64,000 nucleotides of DNA from Pelagomonas calceolata (taxonomy: Eukaryota), in assembly GCA_918797485.1 (NCBI GenBank), contig CAKKNE010000004.1:4898001-4962000 (forward strand), given 5' to 3'. Below are positions 47,501 to 58,364 of the stretch, one piece after another. The position numbers and the translations under genes are program-made. Each line of letters starts with the position of its first letter. Position 1 is the stretch's first letter. The notes below the pieces were generated by a model, which was not told the origin of the DNA, searched no databases, and worked only from the letters and a program-made list of their open reading frames with translations.

Positions 47501-48648
47501 TCCGAGGGATCAATACTCCAGATCGACGCCTTGCAGTTGACGATCATCTGGTCCGTGATGCAAGCAAATAAAGCCGTCATCCTTTCTGAGGTACTGTAGT
47601 ACCTTGCGATGGTGTGGATCATTTTTATGGAATTCGTCAGGGCCGGGAGCGTGTCTACTATTGTTGTTGTCGTCCCCTTATACAAAGGCTCAATAAATCT
47701 CTCCAAAGTAAACAAGTACTTGACGTTGTCCTTGGCCTCGTTCGCCGCCTCCGTGATGTTCACGTCCGTCTGCTTCCACCTCCTTAACAACGCGACGAGC
47801 TTCTGCTTCGACGGATCCCCGGTGTTCTTCGTCACCGCCTGCAGGAGGTTGACGACGGCCTTGCAGTCCTTGCGCTTGAGCTGTTCGCTGATCGAGGTCA
47901 AGCGCTGCATGCGGTTGCGCCAATTATTTAATTCTCGTAAGGGCCCGACGTCGTCGCTGCTGAGCGACGCCGGCCTGTCCAGATATTGCTGGATCGCGTC
48001 GCACCAGCCCTCCAACAAACTTTCGAACTGGGGGATGAGCTCGGGGTTCTGGCGCGCCTGGGAGTTGAAGGTTTTTGTGGTCTGCGCCATCTGCGAGCCC
48101 TCGGGCTTGGCCAATTCCAAACCGCCGTCGAGGCTGACCACGGCGTCCTTGACCGTGGCCGCTAAGGCAGACATATCACTGGAAAAGTCGCGGCGCTGGT
48201 CCGGGCCCGCGCGGCCCCACTGCTCGCTGTGCGCGAAGGCCGGCACGCCGTAGCCGTCGAGGAAGGTAGATAAAGCGCCTAACGCTGACGAGTGCATCTC
48301 CGTGAACATGAGCTCCGTGGTCGAGGCTTTGTCCGCGGCGATGGGCTCGCCCGGCTTGACGCCTCTCACAAAAGCGCAGCAGCGGCCCGCCATTCTACTC
48401 ACCGTTCCGACGCCGAGCGTGAGCTCGGGCGCGGCGCCCTCTTCCGCTTCGCCCTCGTCGTTGCAGGGCGGCTGGTGGAAGACGAAGACGCGCTGCTCGC
48501 CGTTCGACCCGTCGAAGAAGCCCTTGAGGAAGGCGTTGTTCTCGGCGCGCCGCAGACAACTATTCGCCTTGACCGCGTCCACCCCATCCTGGGCGAAGCA
48601 GCCCACGATCTTCTGGACCATCCACTTGCCGCGCTCCGTGCCGGCCAT
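29516..48648 (-). CDS. Axonemal dynein heavy chain, outer-arm gamma / DNAH5-DNAH8-like, 36 exons, ~4,619 aa
   Basis: P-loops [41 protein letters not shown]-terminal CPVYK...WTLRGVALL. Introns: 46826-47100, 46515-46650, 45396-45648, 44627-44685, 44378-44477, 44066-44229, 43522-43768, 42968-43070, 42543-42722, 42377-42485, 41966-42099, 41390-41527, 41095-41236, 40556-40695, 40334-40398, 39639-39908, 39109-39278, 38799-38918, 38131-38215, 37798-38015, 37264-37423, 37050-37107, 36244-36388, 35786-35942, 35529-35670, 34985-35212, 34643-34855, 34113-34216, 33934-34056, 33227-33342, 32964-33096, 32093-32224, 31490-31613, 31051-31215, 30581-30745. Exons sum to 13,860 nt (4,620 codons). Confidence 0.93.
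30581..30745 (-). mobile_element. Introner family A intron (near-twin of 31051-31215)
   Basis: 165 bp, colinear with the 165-bp intron at 31051-31215 (shared gacgccgtcgcgatactgtctccgttcactcacgcgacg...gacgccatcgacgcgaagttgaagtt...gacgctgagtca). Confidence 0.85.
31051..31215 (-). mobile_element. Introner family A intron (near-twin of 30581-30745)
   Basis: Same length and colinear sequence as 30581-30745, at an unrelated exon position. Confidence 0.85.
42543..42722 (-). mobile_element. TIR-family introner forming a GC-AG intron in dynein
   Basis: ctgtgtggacatca at 42543 and taatttccacacag ending at 42714, followed by exactly 8 nt (42715-42722) that supply the GC donor. Confidence 0.8.
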
Positions 48649-49161
48649 GGTGTCCTCTTATCTCCTGTGGCGCGTTCTGCGCGCGGCGCTTCCGCGGCGG
48701 CGCTGTTGCTTTTTCTACCGGGCGCTGCCCGCTGCCCTCCGGGCTGCGCGTCCGCTGGCGTGCGGCGGAGACCTCGGTGCCGGCCGCCCTCGGAGAGGCG
48801 CGGTTCCTTCCCGGCGTGGAGATCGCGCCCACTATAAAGCCAGCAGACAGCTCGGCGTTTTGCGCCGGGCTGCCCTCCCTAGTGGGGTAAACAACGACCT
48901 GACATAACCCTAGCGCAAAATCGAGGAGAAGCGGACGTTAGTCGTACCAAGGAAGACTGCTCCGCCCTCCACGCCGTGCCGGAGGAGCGGTCTTGGCCGG
49001 GCCGCACCTGGCTAGCGCACCCGGCGGCGTCGAGGGCTGCCCCCGCCGCGGCGTCAACGCACCAATCGTATATTGCGGCCGCGACGGGCTCCCTTCATAC
49101 GTTCGGAGCGTCCGCAGAGCAAAAAACGCGACCGCTCGGCGCTTTCTAGGCACCAAAGACC

Positions 49162-50397
49162 ATGACGGGCAAGCTCTCGGCGGCGCAGCTCGCCGAGCGC
49201 CTGCCCGACGAGGCCGACGACGGCCCGACGCAGCTCGCGGACCGCTACCCCCAGATCGACGCCCCTTTACGGATAGAGCCGCCGCCGAGCATGAAGGCGC
49301 CGGCCAGGAACGACGCGCCGAGCCGCGATGCCCACATAAGGCGGTCGGCCTTCGCCCCGGCCGCCGCCACCATCAAAGGCGACGTCCTGAAGGCGCTCGG
49401 CGCCGTCGACGATCCTACGAAGTTCCTGGACCCGCGGACGGCCGAAGGATCGAAACTGAGGAGCCTCGACCGCGCCGTCCCGGACCCGGCGGCGCGCGGC
49501 CCCTTCGACACGAAGATAAGCAACTTCCGGCACCTCGCCTTCTCGTCGCGCCGCGCCGGGCGAAGGGAGACGGAGGCCCAGGCCTACTTTAGCATCGGCG
49601 TGATGCACGACAACGAGGGCCAATTCGACGAAGCGCTGCGGGCCTACGGCCAGTTCCTGGCCGTGGCCCGGGACGTCGACGACGTGGAGAAGGAGGCCCT
49701 GGCCTACAACGCCATGGGCGTCGACGAGATGGCCGCGGCGTGCCCCGCGAAGACGACCGGCGAGGGCTTCGGCGCGGCGGCGCTCGCTGATCAGAGCGTC
49801 GAGCGCCTCGAGAAAGCAATCAAACTCCACGAGCGCCATTTGGAAATCGCGGACGCCGGCGGGCGCTTCGCGGCGCTCACGAACCTGGGCTTGTGCCGGG
49901 GCGCGCTCGGCGACGCCGACGGCGCCGCGCGGCACCACCAGGACGCGCTGCGCCTCGCGATCGAGCTCGAGTCGTCGTCGGGCCAGTCCATCGCCGTGGG
50001 CAACCTCGGGAGCCTCGCGCTGCGGCGCGGCGACCTCGCGACGGCGCGGCCCTGCGTCGAGCAGCACCTCCAGCTCGCGCGGTCCCTGGGCGACGCCGGC
50101 GCCGAGGTCCACGCGCATCTGAAACTCGGCCACCTCGCGGCGGCCGAGGGCGACGACGGCCGCGCGCTCGCGGCGTTCGAGGCCGCGGCGGCCGTGGCCG
50201 AGCAGGTCGGCGAGATCGGGACGCTCAAGCGGGCGAACTGCTACGTCGGCGTCGCGCGGGGCTCGCTGACCATGGACGCCATGTTCCGCGGCCTCGCGGA
50301 CCGCGTCCGCGCCGACGAGGCGCGCTGGGCCGCCGAGGCCGCGGCGGACGCGCCGGCGCCGGCGCCGGCGCCGGCGCCCGCGCCCGCCGCGGAGTGA
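49162..50397 (+). CDS. Tetratricopeptide-repeat protein
   Basis: Repeats AYFSIGVMH, AYNAMG, ALTNLG, AVGNLG, AHLKLG with L.LA..LGD..E spacing. Confidence 0.85.
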   Translation: MTGKLSAAQLAERLPDEADDGPTQLADRYPQIDAPLRIEPPPSMKAPARNDAPSRDAHIRRSAFAPAAATIKGDVLKALGAVDDPTKFLDPRTAEGSKLRSLDRAVPDPAARGPFDTKISNFRHLAFSSRRAGRRETEAQAYFSIGVMHDNEGQFDEALRAYGQFLAVARDVDDVEKEALAYNAMGVDEMAAACPAKTTGEGFGAAALADQSVERLEKAIKLHERHLEIADAGGRFAALTNLGLCRGALGDADGAARHHQDALRLAIELESSSGQSIAVGNLGSLALRRGDLATARPCVEQHLQLARSLGDAGAEVHAHLKLGHLAAAEGDDGRALAAFEAAAAVAEQVGEIGTLKRANCYVGVARGSLTMDAMFRGLADRVRADEARWAAEAAADAPAPAPAPAPAPAAE

Positions 50398-50836
50398 GTA
50401 AGGGTATTGAAAATGGTAGCGCTTGTTTACGCGAAAGCACACGCCGTCAGGCTCAGGCTAGTTACGTCGCGGGGTCCCCCGTACCCCTCCCGCTCCCCCC
50501 GGGCCCACCCGTCCGGCTGGACTAGGACGCAATTGCTGAGTCGCAGGGACTCGCACCCGCCTCAGGCTCAGGCCACGGTCGATGTTACGGTGCTAGGACT
50601 AGTGGGCGGAGCCCCTGGGGGGGAGACACCGCGCGTCGCCGATTCATCGGCGGCGGGCGCGGGCCGCTTCTTCAGGCTCACTGGCTCACTCATTCTAGTG
50701 TCTAGCAGCTAGCTCGTAGAGGCTTGGAGCCGAGGCCAGACTGATCGCAAGGCCAGCCGAGGACGCCCTGCAAAGGTCCTGGCCAGTTCTCTGCTGCCAG
50801 CGCACGACTGCTAACCCACCCATCTGGGGAGTGGTC

Positions 50837-51439
50837 ATGGCCTCTCTTGCGACCAGCGTCGGCGCCGAGCCGAGCGTCCGCTTCGCGATCGACTACGCCG
50901 AGGAGCAGCCGAAGATCAGCGACGCGTGCAAGAATTTCCTGGCCTACCGTATCGCGCAAGCGAAGACGGACGCCAACACGTCACAGGCCGACGCGGACCG
51001 CGCGGCGCGCCTGACCATGCTCTGCGGCCGGAAAGCGATGCGCGCGGTCAACGCGGCCGCGCCCGCCACGGGCGACGCCGCGGCTGCCTACGCGGCCAAG
51101 GAAGACGCCCTGGCGACGCGAAGCTTCGGCAAGTCGTACCTGTGCGACCCCGTCGTCGCCGCGGCCGTGCGCGCGGTCCCGGCGGACCCCGCGATGGACG
51201 GCGCGGACACGGAGTTCCTCGAGGCGTTCCTCGCGACGGCCGGCGACGCCTCCGACGATCTGACCTGGGCTCCAGATTACGCGCAGGTGTTGCGCGCGCG
51301 CGACGCGGCGCGGCGCCGCGAAGCGGCGAGGCGTGCGCCAGTGCGGATCGAGGCGCGGCATGCGGGGGGGGCGCCGTCGCGGCCGCTGCCGGCGCTGGCC
51401 CGCATCCCGGGAGGCGCCTCGATGCGTTTTACTAAGTGA
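50837..51439 (+). CDS. Hypothetical protein (~200 aa)
   Basis: ATG 50837 ORF with strong GC3 codon bias; no recognised motif. Confidence 0.6.
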   Translation: MASLATSVGAEPSVRFAIDYAEEQPKISDACKNFLAYRIAQAKTDANTSQADADRAARLTMLCGRKAMRAVNAAAPATGDAAAAYAAKEDALATRSFGKSYLCDPVVAAAVRAVPADPAMDGADTEFLEAFLATAGDASDDLTWAPDYAQVLRARDAARRREAARRAPVRIEARHAGGAPSRPLPALARIPGGASMRFTK

Positions 51440-52331
51440 ATGAAGGTCTTCTTTAGAACTGTCTAGCCGTTGCGTCGGGTCTGTATAGCCTTATGCTAGG
51501 GACGGGATGGCCTTGTGCCAGGGTATAGGACTCCCCCGACGACGATCGACGGCGCGCGGTCGTAAGCTCTCAGGTGACGCCCGGCTCATCTGACTTGTAT
51601 CGCGCGTTGAATGTTGTTTTGTGGCGTACCTCGTGGTCTATGTGAGCTGGATGGGCTGTCGATTCTTCCACTTTCGCTCTCAACTGAACGGCCCAGTGGC
51701 CCTTGGTAGCAATAAGCTCACACAATGCCGCGGTCTGCGGAGCAAATCTAGATAGCTTGGCGAGGCGCTCGCGGTACTTGAGCTTCATGAGCTCGCCCGG
51801 CGCAATGAAATTGACCAACATCATCTTCGAGACGGACCCCTTACCTTCGAAGGTCCCGAGCACCTTGCTTGCAAAGAGCTCTAGTGTCTTACAGGCCGCT
51901 AGCTAATTCGCGTCTCCACAAGGGCGTCACAAGGGCGCGTCGGACTTGACGGTCGAGATGGATCCGGACCTCGCCGCGGAGGCGGAACGCGTGCACCAGG
52001 CCGTCGTGGCCGCGTCGTCCGAGGGCGAGGACGCCGCGCGGCCGTTGCCGAACTTGCCGCCGCTCCGGTGAGAAGAGCCGTCGTGTGTGTTGGTAGCGGA
52101 GGGGTCCCGTTACGTGTAAAATTGAACTCTGCGCCATTAGCACACAGAGACACACTAGACTGGAGGTGGTTACTCCTCGACGGAGAAGCTGCACTCACAG
52201 CCTCCAGGGCGTAAGTACGTAACGCGGGCCAGACAACGCCGCGGCGCTAGCCTTCCCTTTTGCAAAGAATCGCTGCTCTTGAACGCGCTGCGGGAGCAAA
52301 ACACCGCAGTGCACCCCTGGCCTCCAGCAGC

Positions 52332-53073
52332 ATGCGCACGCTCCTACTCGCCCTCGCGGCGACGGTCAGCGCATTCGCGCCGGCCGCGCGGCCGGCGGCG
52401 ACAACAAAGCTCCACGAGCGCCCGAAGATCGCCGACGACATCACGCAGCTCATCGGCGGCACGCCCCTCTGCCGGTTGCGGCGCGTCGTCGGCCCCGACT
52501 GCAAGGCCGAGATCGTGGTCAAGCTCGAGTCCATGGAGCCCTGCAACAGCGTCAAGGACCGCATCGGGCTGAGCATGATCCGCGAGGCCGAGGACCGCGG
52601 CGACATCGCGCCCGGCAGAACGACGCTCGTCGAGCCGACGTCGGGCAACACGGGCATCGCGCTCGCCATGGTCGCCGCGTCCAAGGGGTATGATATTGTC
52701 CTGACCATGCCCGAGTCCATGTCCATGGAGCGCCGCGTGCTGCTCAAGGCGTTCGGCGCCGACCTGGTCCTGACGCCCGCCGCGAAGGGCATGGGCGGCG
52801 CCGTGAAGAAGGCGGAAGACATCGCCGCGGACCTCGGCGACAAGGGCTACCTGCTCCAGCAGTTCAACAACCCGGACAACCCGAAGGTCCACCGCGAGAC
52901 GACGGGCCCGGAGATCTGGGCCGACACGGACGGCGCGCTCGACATTTTGCTCGGCGGCGTGGGCACGGGGGGCACGCTCACGGGCAGCGCCCAGTACCTC
53001 AAGCCCCTCAAGCCCTCGCTCAAGGTCGTCGCGGTCGAGCCGACGGAGTCGCCCGTCCTGAGCGGCGGCTCGC

Positions 53074-53104
<31 letters not shown>

Positions 53105-53387
53105 GGGCTTCATCCCGGGCAACGCCGACACGTCGCTCATCGACGAGGTCGTGCAGATCTCGAGCGAGGACGCGATCGCCATGGCGCGCGGCCTCGCCAA
53201 GGAGGAGGGCATCTTCTGCGGCATCTCGTCGGGCGCCGCCGTCCTCGCGGCGAAGATCGTCGGCGAGCGCGCCGAGAACGCGGGCAAGCGCATCGTCGTC
53301 ATCATCCCGTCCTTCGGCGAGCGCTACCTGTCGACGCTCCTCTTCCAGAACCTCTGGGACGAGGCGAGCGCGATGAAGGCCGAGTAG
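52332..53387 (+). CDS. cysK: Cysteine synthase A (O-acetylserine thiol-lyase), plastid-targeted
   Basis: SVKDRIG (PLP lysine), [35 protein letters not shown]; bipartite signal [17 protein letters not shown] (ASAFAP-type). Confidence 0.95.
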
Positions 53388-53798
53388 GTTCGCCCCCCGC
53401 GAGCGATAAAGTAGACGAGTAAGAAGAAGAGGCGCCTCGCCTTTCTGTCGCTGGGGAGCACTGGGACCGGTGACCGGACTCGTGCGGGCCGGCGGCACGG
53501 TAGAGCCTCCAGATCGCTGGTGCTAGGCCTCTAGACGCGACGGGGGGCCACCGCGGGCCGAAGTCCGTTCGACGCGCTTCCTAGTGGCGGCGTTGTTGGT
53601 GAAGGACGAGGCGCTGCAAAATCGGCGCTGAGCGCCTCGGGCAGCGTTGGGCAGCGTCGGCGGCTCCTGACGGCCCAGCGGAGCTGCTCCAGCGCACGCG
53701 AGGCAGCGGAGCGCCGGCGAGGCCGCAGCTCGCATCCGAGGCCCTTCGAGGCGGCCGCGGCACCGACACGGCGGCAGAATAAGACAGAAGCAACAAGC

Positions 53799-56700
53799 AT
53801 GCAGCACGAGGCCCACCCGGGCCTGCCCGACTACGGCGAGGTGAGCAGCCGCGAGCGCGCGCTCGAGCAGTACGCGCAGGACCTGCACCGCCGCGAGATC
53901 CAGCTCATGCGCGACCGCATCCACAAGAAGCCCGTGGGCGGCGGGCCGACGCTGGGCAACGCGCCGGGGCGCCGCGCGGCCGGCGCGGAGCGCGTGCAGG
54001 CCGCGCGCGCGGCGGCGTTCGAGGGCGACGCCGACGGCCTGCTGCTCTCGGGCGGGGCCGCCTCGCCGCGCGCGCGCGAGACGACCTTCGGGCGGACGGC
54101 GCGCGAGGTCACGGCGCCCGTCGCGCGGCCGGAGCCGCCGTCGCCGGCCGAGATCCGCGACGCGGACGACCGCGCGACGCGGCGCCGGACGCGGGGCGGC
54201 TGGTCGAGCCGCGCGGCGACGGACCGGGCGCGCCCGTCCTACGTCGACGACCCGCGCTGGCGCGGCGAGGCCGCGACGCCGACGCCGCGGCCGCGGCCGC
54301 GGACGGCCGGCGCCGGCGAGCGGCGGCGGCAGCTGCGCGAGGCCCACGCGTCGCTCGAGACGCTCATGTCGGACTACGGACTGGGGGCGGCGGCCCGGAG
54401 CCCCGAGGTCCTGCGGCGGCCGCGGACGGCGTCCGTCGTCGACCGGCGGCGCCGCGCGGCGCCGCGCGCGGACGAGCGCGCCGCGACGCTCGCGGGCGAG
54501 GTGGAGCGCCTCTTCAAGGGCGAGCCCTCGGTGAGCGTGCCCTCGGCCGTCGCGCCGCCGCAGTACGGCGCGACGCGGCGGCGCTGGTTCCAGGAGGTGC
54601 CCCCCACCGAGTGGTTCCGCCACCACCACCTCATCGACCCCTGGGTGCGCTACCACACCGAGGGCTTCCCCACGCCGCCGCCCGAGCCCGAGCCGGCGCC
54701 GCCGCCGCGGCGCAAGAAGAAGAAGAGGGCCAAGAAGAAGCGCGCGCCGAGCCCGCCGCCGCCCGTCGCCAGGACGCCGAGGAAGAAGAAGAAGAAGGTC
54801 GTCAAGAAGAAGGCGACGCCGCCGCCGTCGCCCGTCCCGTCGCCGCGGCCCGCGACGCCCAAGCCGGTCCTGCGGCACTCGTCGGCGCAGACGCCGCCGC
54901 TGGAGCGGCCGCGCGCGCCCGAGGCGGCGCCGCCGCCCTTCGACGCCGTGGCGGCGCGGCGGGCGCGGGACGCGCGGCGCCGGCGCGAGCAGAAGGCGCG
55001 CGTCGTCCTGCAGGCCGGCGGGCGCGGCCTGCTCGCGCGGCGCCGCGCGGCGCGGCTGCGGCGGCGCCTCGCGGCGGCGCGGCGCGCGGCGCGGAAGCGC
55101 AAGGACAAGGACGCGCGCCTGAAGATCCGGCAGAAGGCCGCGGCCGTCCGGCTGCAGGCGCGCGAGCGCGGCGCGCAGGCGCGGAAGAAGTACCGCGCCC
55201 GGAAGCAGGCGCGCCTGCGGGAGCTGCAGCGCCGGAAGGAAAGGCGGCAGCGCGAGGTCCGGAAGGAGCAGCAGAAGCGGCTCCGGCTGAGCGCCGTCGC
55301 GCTCGTCGTCGCGCGGCTCCGCGGGCTGCGCGACCGGCGGCGCTTCGTCAAGGACCGCGACCGGGCGCGCCAGCAGAAGCGGCGCCGCGAGCGGGAGCAG
55401 GCCGCGAAGTCGCTGGCCGTCGCCCAGAAGCTGGAGCGGAGCCGCGCGGCCACGCGCGTCCAGGCGGCGGCGCGCGGGCGGCGCGCGCGGAACGAGCTCC
55501 GGCGGCGGCGCGCGGCGCAGAAGCGCCGGGCCCAGGCGAAGCGGCAGCGCGAGCGGGAGCAGGCCCAGCGCAGCCAGGCCGCGCTGCAGCGCATGGAGCG
55601 CGGCCGCGCGGCGACGACCATCGCCGCGGCGGCGCGCGGGCGCCGCGCCCGCGACGAGCTGCGGCGGCTGCGCGCGGCCGCGCGGCGGCGGGCGCAGGCC
55701 CGCCGCCAGCAGGAGCGGGAGCAGGCCGCGCGGAGCCAGGCCGCGCTGCAGCGCGTCGTCCGCAACGACGCGGCGACGACGGTGCAGAGCGCGTGCCGCG
55801 GGAGCGTCGCCCGCCGGGAGAAGCAGAAGCTCGTGGAGCGGAAGGAGCGGGCGGCGCAGAAGCGGCGGGAGCTCGCCGCCGAGCGCAGCCGCGCGGCGAA
55901 GCGGCTGTGGCGGACGAAGCTCATGGCGACGCGCCTCGCGGCGCGGTACCGCGGCAAGATCGCGCGGCGCGAGGCCGCGGCGCTGCGGGACGCGGCGCGG
56001 CGGCGCGAGGCCCAGCGCGAGGCGGCGCGGCGCCGCCGCGAGGCCGAGGCCGCGCGGCTCTTCCGGATCGCGCGCCTGGCGACGCGGCTCGCGGCGCGCT
56101 ACCGCGGCAAGGTCGCCCGCGACGCCGCGGCCGCGCTGCGCGAGGACCGGCGCCGCCGGGAGGCGCAGCGCGAGGCGCTCCGGCGCAAGCGCGAGCTCGA
56201 GGCCCGGCGGGCGCGCGCGGCGACGCGCCTCGAGGCGCGGCAGCGCGGCGCCTCGGCGCGCGCGAGGACGCGCGGCCTCTTCGAGGCCGAGCGGCGGCGG
56301 CGGCGCGAGCGGGACGCCCTGCGCCGGCGGCGCGAGGCCGAGGCGGCGCTGCGGCGGCGCCGGCTGGCGGCCGTCAAGAGGCTGCACTCGTTCTTCCGCT
56401 CGTGCCTCGCGCTGAAGAAGCTGCGGCTGCTGCGGGACCTCGCGGAGGCGGCGCGCCTGCGGGACCTCGAGATGCGCGCGCGCGCGGCGCGCGCGCGCGA
56501 GGATGCGCGGCGCGCCGAGCGCGAGGCCGCGCGCCAGGCCGCGAACCGCGCCGTCGAGGCCGAGCGCGTCCGGCTCGAGGAGGAGGCCGAGGAGGCGCGG
56601 CGCCGCGCGGCCCAGGACGCCGAGGACGCGCGGCTGGCGGAGCTCGCGCGCCAGGCGGAGCGGAAGCGCCGCGAGGCCGCCGAGGAGCGCGAGCGGCTCC

Positions 56701-57905
56701 GGCGCGAGGCCATGCGGAAGCGGCGGAACCAGGTGCTGGCCGCGACGCGCATCGCGAACCAGGTGCGGCGGTGGCTCGCGGGCGTGGCCTACGACGAGCT
56801 CAGGGCCCAGCTGCACGCGCGGCGCGCGGCGCTGGCGGCGGAGCGGCGCGCGATGACGGCCGTCGCGGCGGCCGAGGCGCGCCGCCAGGCCGAGGCGGCG
56901 CGCGAGCGGGCGCGCAAGCTCGAGGCGACGGCCCGGCGGCAGGCCCAGGTCGAGCGCATGCGGAAGCGGCGCCAGGCGGCCGTCGAGATCCAGCGCCGCG
57001 CGCGCGGCTTCGTCGAGCGCGCGGGGCGGTCCGCGGAGAAGCTGCGGGCGCTCGAGCGGGACCGGCGGCTCGCGGCGAAGGCGGCGGAGCGCGCGCGCAA
57101 GGACCTGGCCGAGGCGCTCGAGCGGGACCGCGCCGCGGCGGCGGCGGCGGCGAACAACGCGCGCGATTTCCTCGACGACCTGGCGCGCCGGCGGCGCGAG
57201 GCCGAGGAAGCGCGGCGGCGCCGCGCGAAGCTGGAGCACGACGCGGCGACGCGCCTCCAGGTCTGGGCGCTGGAGTGCCGCGCGAACCGGTACATGCTGC
57301 CCTACCGCAAGCACCGGGGCGGCCACTACCGGGGCTGCCCGTGCTGCGTGAACAAGCCGGGCAAGTACTCGCGGGTCTTCGGGCGCTACTCCGCCCGGGC
57401 GTCGACGCCGCCCGGCGCCGCGCCGCCGGCCCGCCGCGAGAAGCCGCGGCCGCGTCCGGAGCCGCGCGACTTCGAGGCCGTCGCGATGGAGTTCGGCTAC
57501 CGGGGCCCGCCCCGGCGCGACGACGACCGCGGGCCGCCGCGCGGCTACGAGACCGACCGCCGGCGGCCGCACCCGTCGGAGCAGCACTGGCAGTTCGACC
57601 CGCGGCGGCCGCGCCTGAACCGCTCGGACTCGTACGACCGCACGACGCGCGAGTACGAGGAGCTCCAGGAGCGCGTCGAGAACCTGCGGCGGGCGCAGCA
57701 CGAACTCATGGTCGCGGACATGCGACGCGTGCCGCTCTACGACCAGCCGGCGCGGGACCCCGGGCTCCTGACCGTCGCGCGCGCCGAGATCGACGGGACG
57801 CTCGGCCACGTGCTCGGCGACGCGTCGCCGCCGCGGTCCGGCGCGCCCTACGCGTCGCGCCGCCCGCGTCAACCGCGGACGCGGAGGCAACTCGGGTACG
57901 AATAA
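53799..57905 (+). CDS. Arg/Ala-rich coiled-coil protein with multiple IQ-like motifs (1,368 aa)
   Basis: Repeated AATRVQAAARGRRAR, AATTVQSACRG, AAVEIQRRARG, ATRLAARYRG motifs; poly-K/P region. Confidence 0.75.
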   Translation: MQHEAHPGLPDYGEVSSRERALEQYAQDLHRREIQLMRDRIHKKPVGGGPTLGNAPGRRAAGAERVQAARAAAFEGDADGLLLSGGAASPRARETTFGRTAREVTAPVARPEPPSPAEIRDADDRATRRRTRGGWSSRAATDRARPSYVDDPRWRGEAATPTPRPRPRTAGAGERRRQLREAHASLETLMSDYGLGAAARSPEVLRRPRTASVVDRRRRAAPRADERAATLAGEVERLFKGEPSVSVPSAVAPPQYGATRRRWFQEVPPTEWFRHHHLIDPWVRYHTEGFPTPPPEPEPAPPPRRKKKKRAKKKRAPSPPPPVARTPRKKKKKVVKKKATPPPSPVPSPRPATPKPVLRHSSAQTPPLERPRAPEAAPPPFDAVAARRARDARRRREQKARVVLQAGGRGLLARRRAARLRRRLAAARRAARKRKDKDARLKIRQKAAAVRLQARERGAQARKKYRARKQARLRELQRRKERRQREVRKEQQKRLRLSAVALVVARLRGLRDRRRFVKDRDRARQQKRRREREQAAKSLAVAQKLERSRAATRVQAAARGRRARNELRRRRAAQKRRAQAKRQREREQAQRSQAALQRMERGRAATTIAAAARGRRARDELRRLRAAARRRAQARRQQEREQAARSQAALQRVVRNDAATTVQSACRGSVARREKQKLVERKERAAQKRRELAAERSRAAKRLWRTKLMATRLAARYRGKIARREAAALRDAARRREAQREAARRRREAEAARLFRIARLATRLAARYRGKVARDAAAALREDRRRREAQREALRRKRELEARRARAATRLEARQRGASARARTRGLFEAERRRRRERDALRRRREAEAALRRRRLAAVKRLHSFFRSCLALKKLRLLRDLAEAARLRDLEMRARAARAREDARRAEREAARQAANRAVEAERVRLEEEAEEARRRAAQDAEDARLAELARQAERKRREAAEERERLRREAMRKRRNQVLAATRIANQVRRWLAGVAYDELRAQLHARRAALAAERRAMTAVAAAEARRQAEAARERARKLEATARRQAQVERMRKRRQAAVEIQRRARGFVERAGRSAEKLRALERDRRLAAKAAERARKDLAEALERDRAAAAAAANNARDFLDDLARRRREAEEARRRRAKLEHDAATRLQVWALECRANRYMLPYRKHRGGHYRGCPCCVNKPGKYSRVFGRYSARASTPPGAAPPARREKPRPRPEPRDFEAVAMEFGYRGPPRRDDDRGPPRGYETDRRRPHPSEQHWQFDPRRPRLNRSDSYDRTTREYEELQERVENLRRAQHELMVADMRRVPLYDQPARDPGLLTVARAEIDGTLGHVLGDASPPRSGAPYASRRPRQPRTRRQLGYE

Positions 57906-58089
57906 TTCATGTTACAAGTTACACCCTTGGAAGTGCGCGCCGCAGGAGGGGCCGCGCGAGGCGCCGCTCCCGCCTCGCCCGGCGCGGGCCCAAATTCGCC
58001 GTTCAGCCGCGCGGCGAAATTCCGGGCGAATGAGCACAGTAATTAAAGCGACAAAGGCTAGGATAAACACAATTCCCCTTACTTCTTGA

Positions 58090-58266
58090 CTATTGACAAC
58101 CTTGCTCACCGCGTCATTGGCTGCGCGCGGAACGCGCAGGAATACCGCCTTGGAGCATAAACCGCCATTCAATAGCCGCTATTGACTAACCTTGCTCACC
58201 GCGTCATTGGCTGCGCGCGGAACGCGCAGGAATACCGCCTTGGAGCATAAACCGCCACTCAATAGC
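58090..58266. repeat. Tandem direct duplication with a 90-bp period, between convergent genes
   Basis: cttgctcaccgcgtcattggctgcgcgcggaacgcgcaggaataccgccttggagcataaaccgcca(t/c)tcaatagc at 58101 and 58191. Confidence 0.92.
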
Positions 58267-58364
58267 TGCAGGGAGAGAACGCCTTGTGCGCCTCTGGAGA
58301 TCTCCGTCTAGATCTAATTCTTTTTCTTCGCCCGCGCCCGCCGCTTCGGCCGCGACGCCAATGT

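Noticed and set aside
51570..52198. Short minus-strand ORFs between the hypothetical gene and cysK
   Set aside because: No recognisable motif, no clear start, and I could not join them with a credible intron.
53523..58033. Very long alternative-frame and antisense ORFs (1,455 aa and 1,140 aa), and similar ones over most genes
   Set aside because: Arg/Ala/Pro-rich shadows caused by extreme GC codon bias of the real gene; no motifs.
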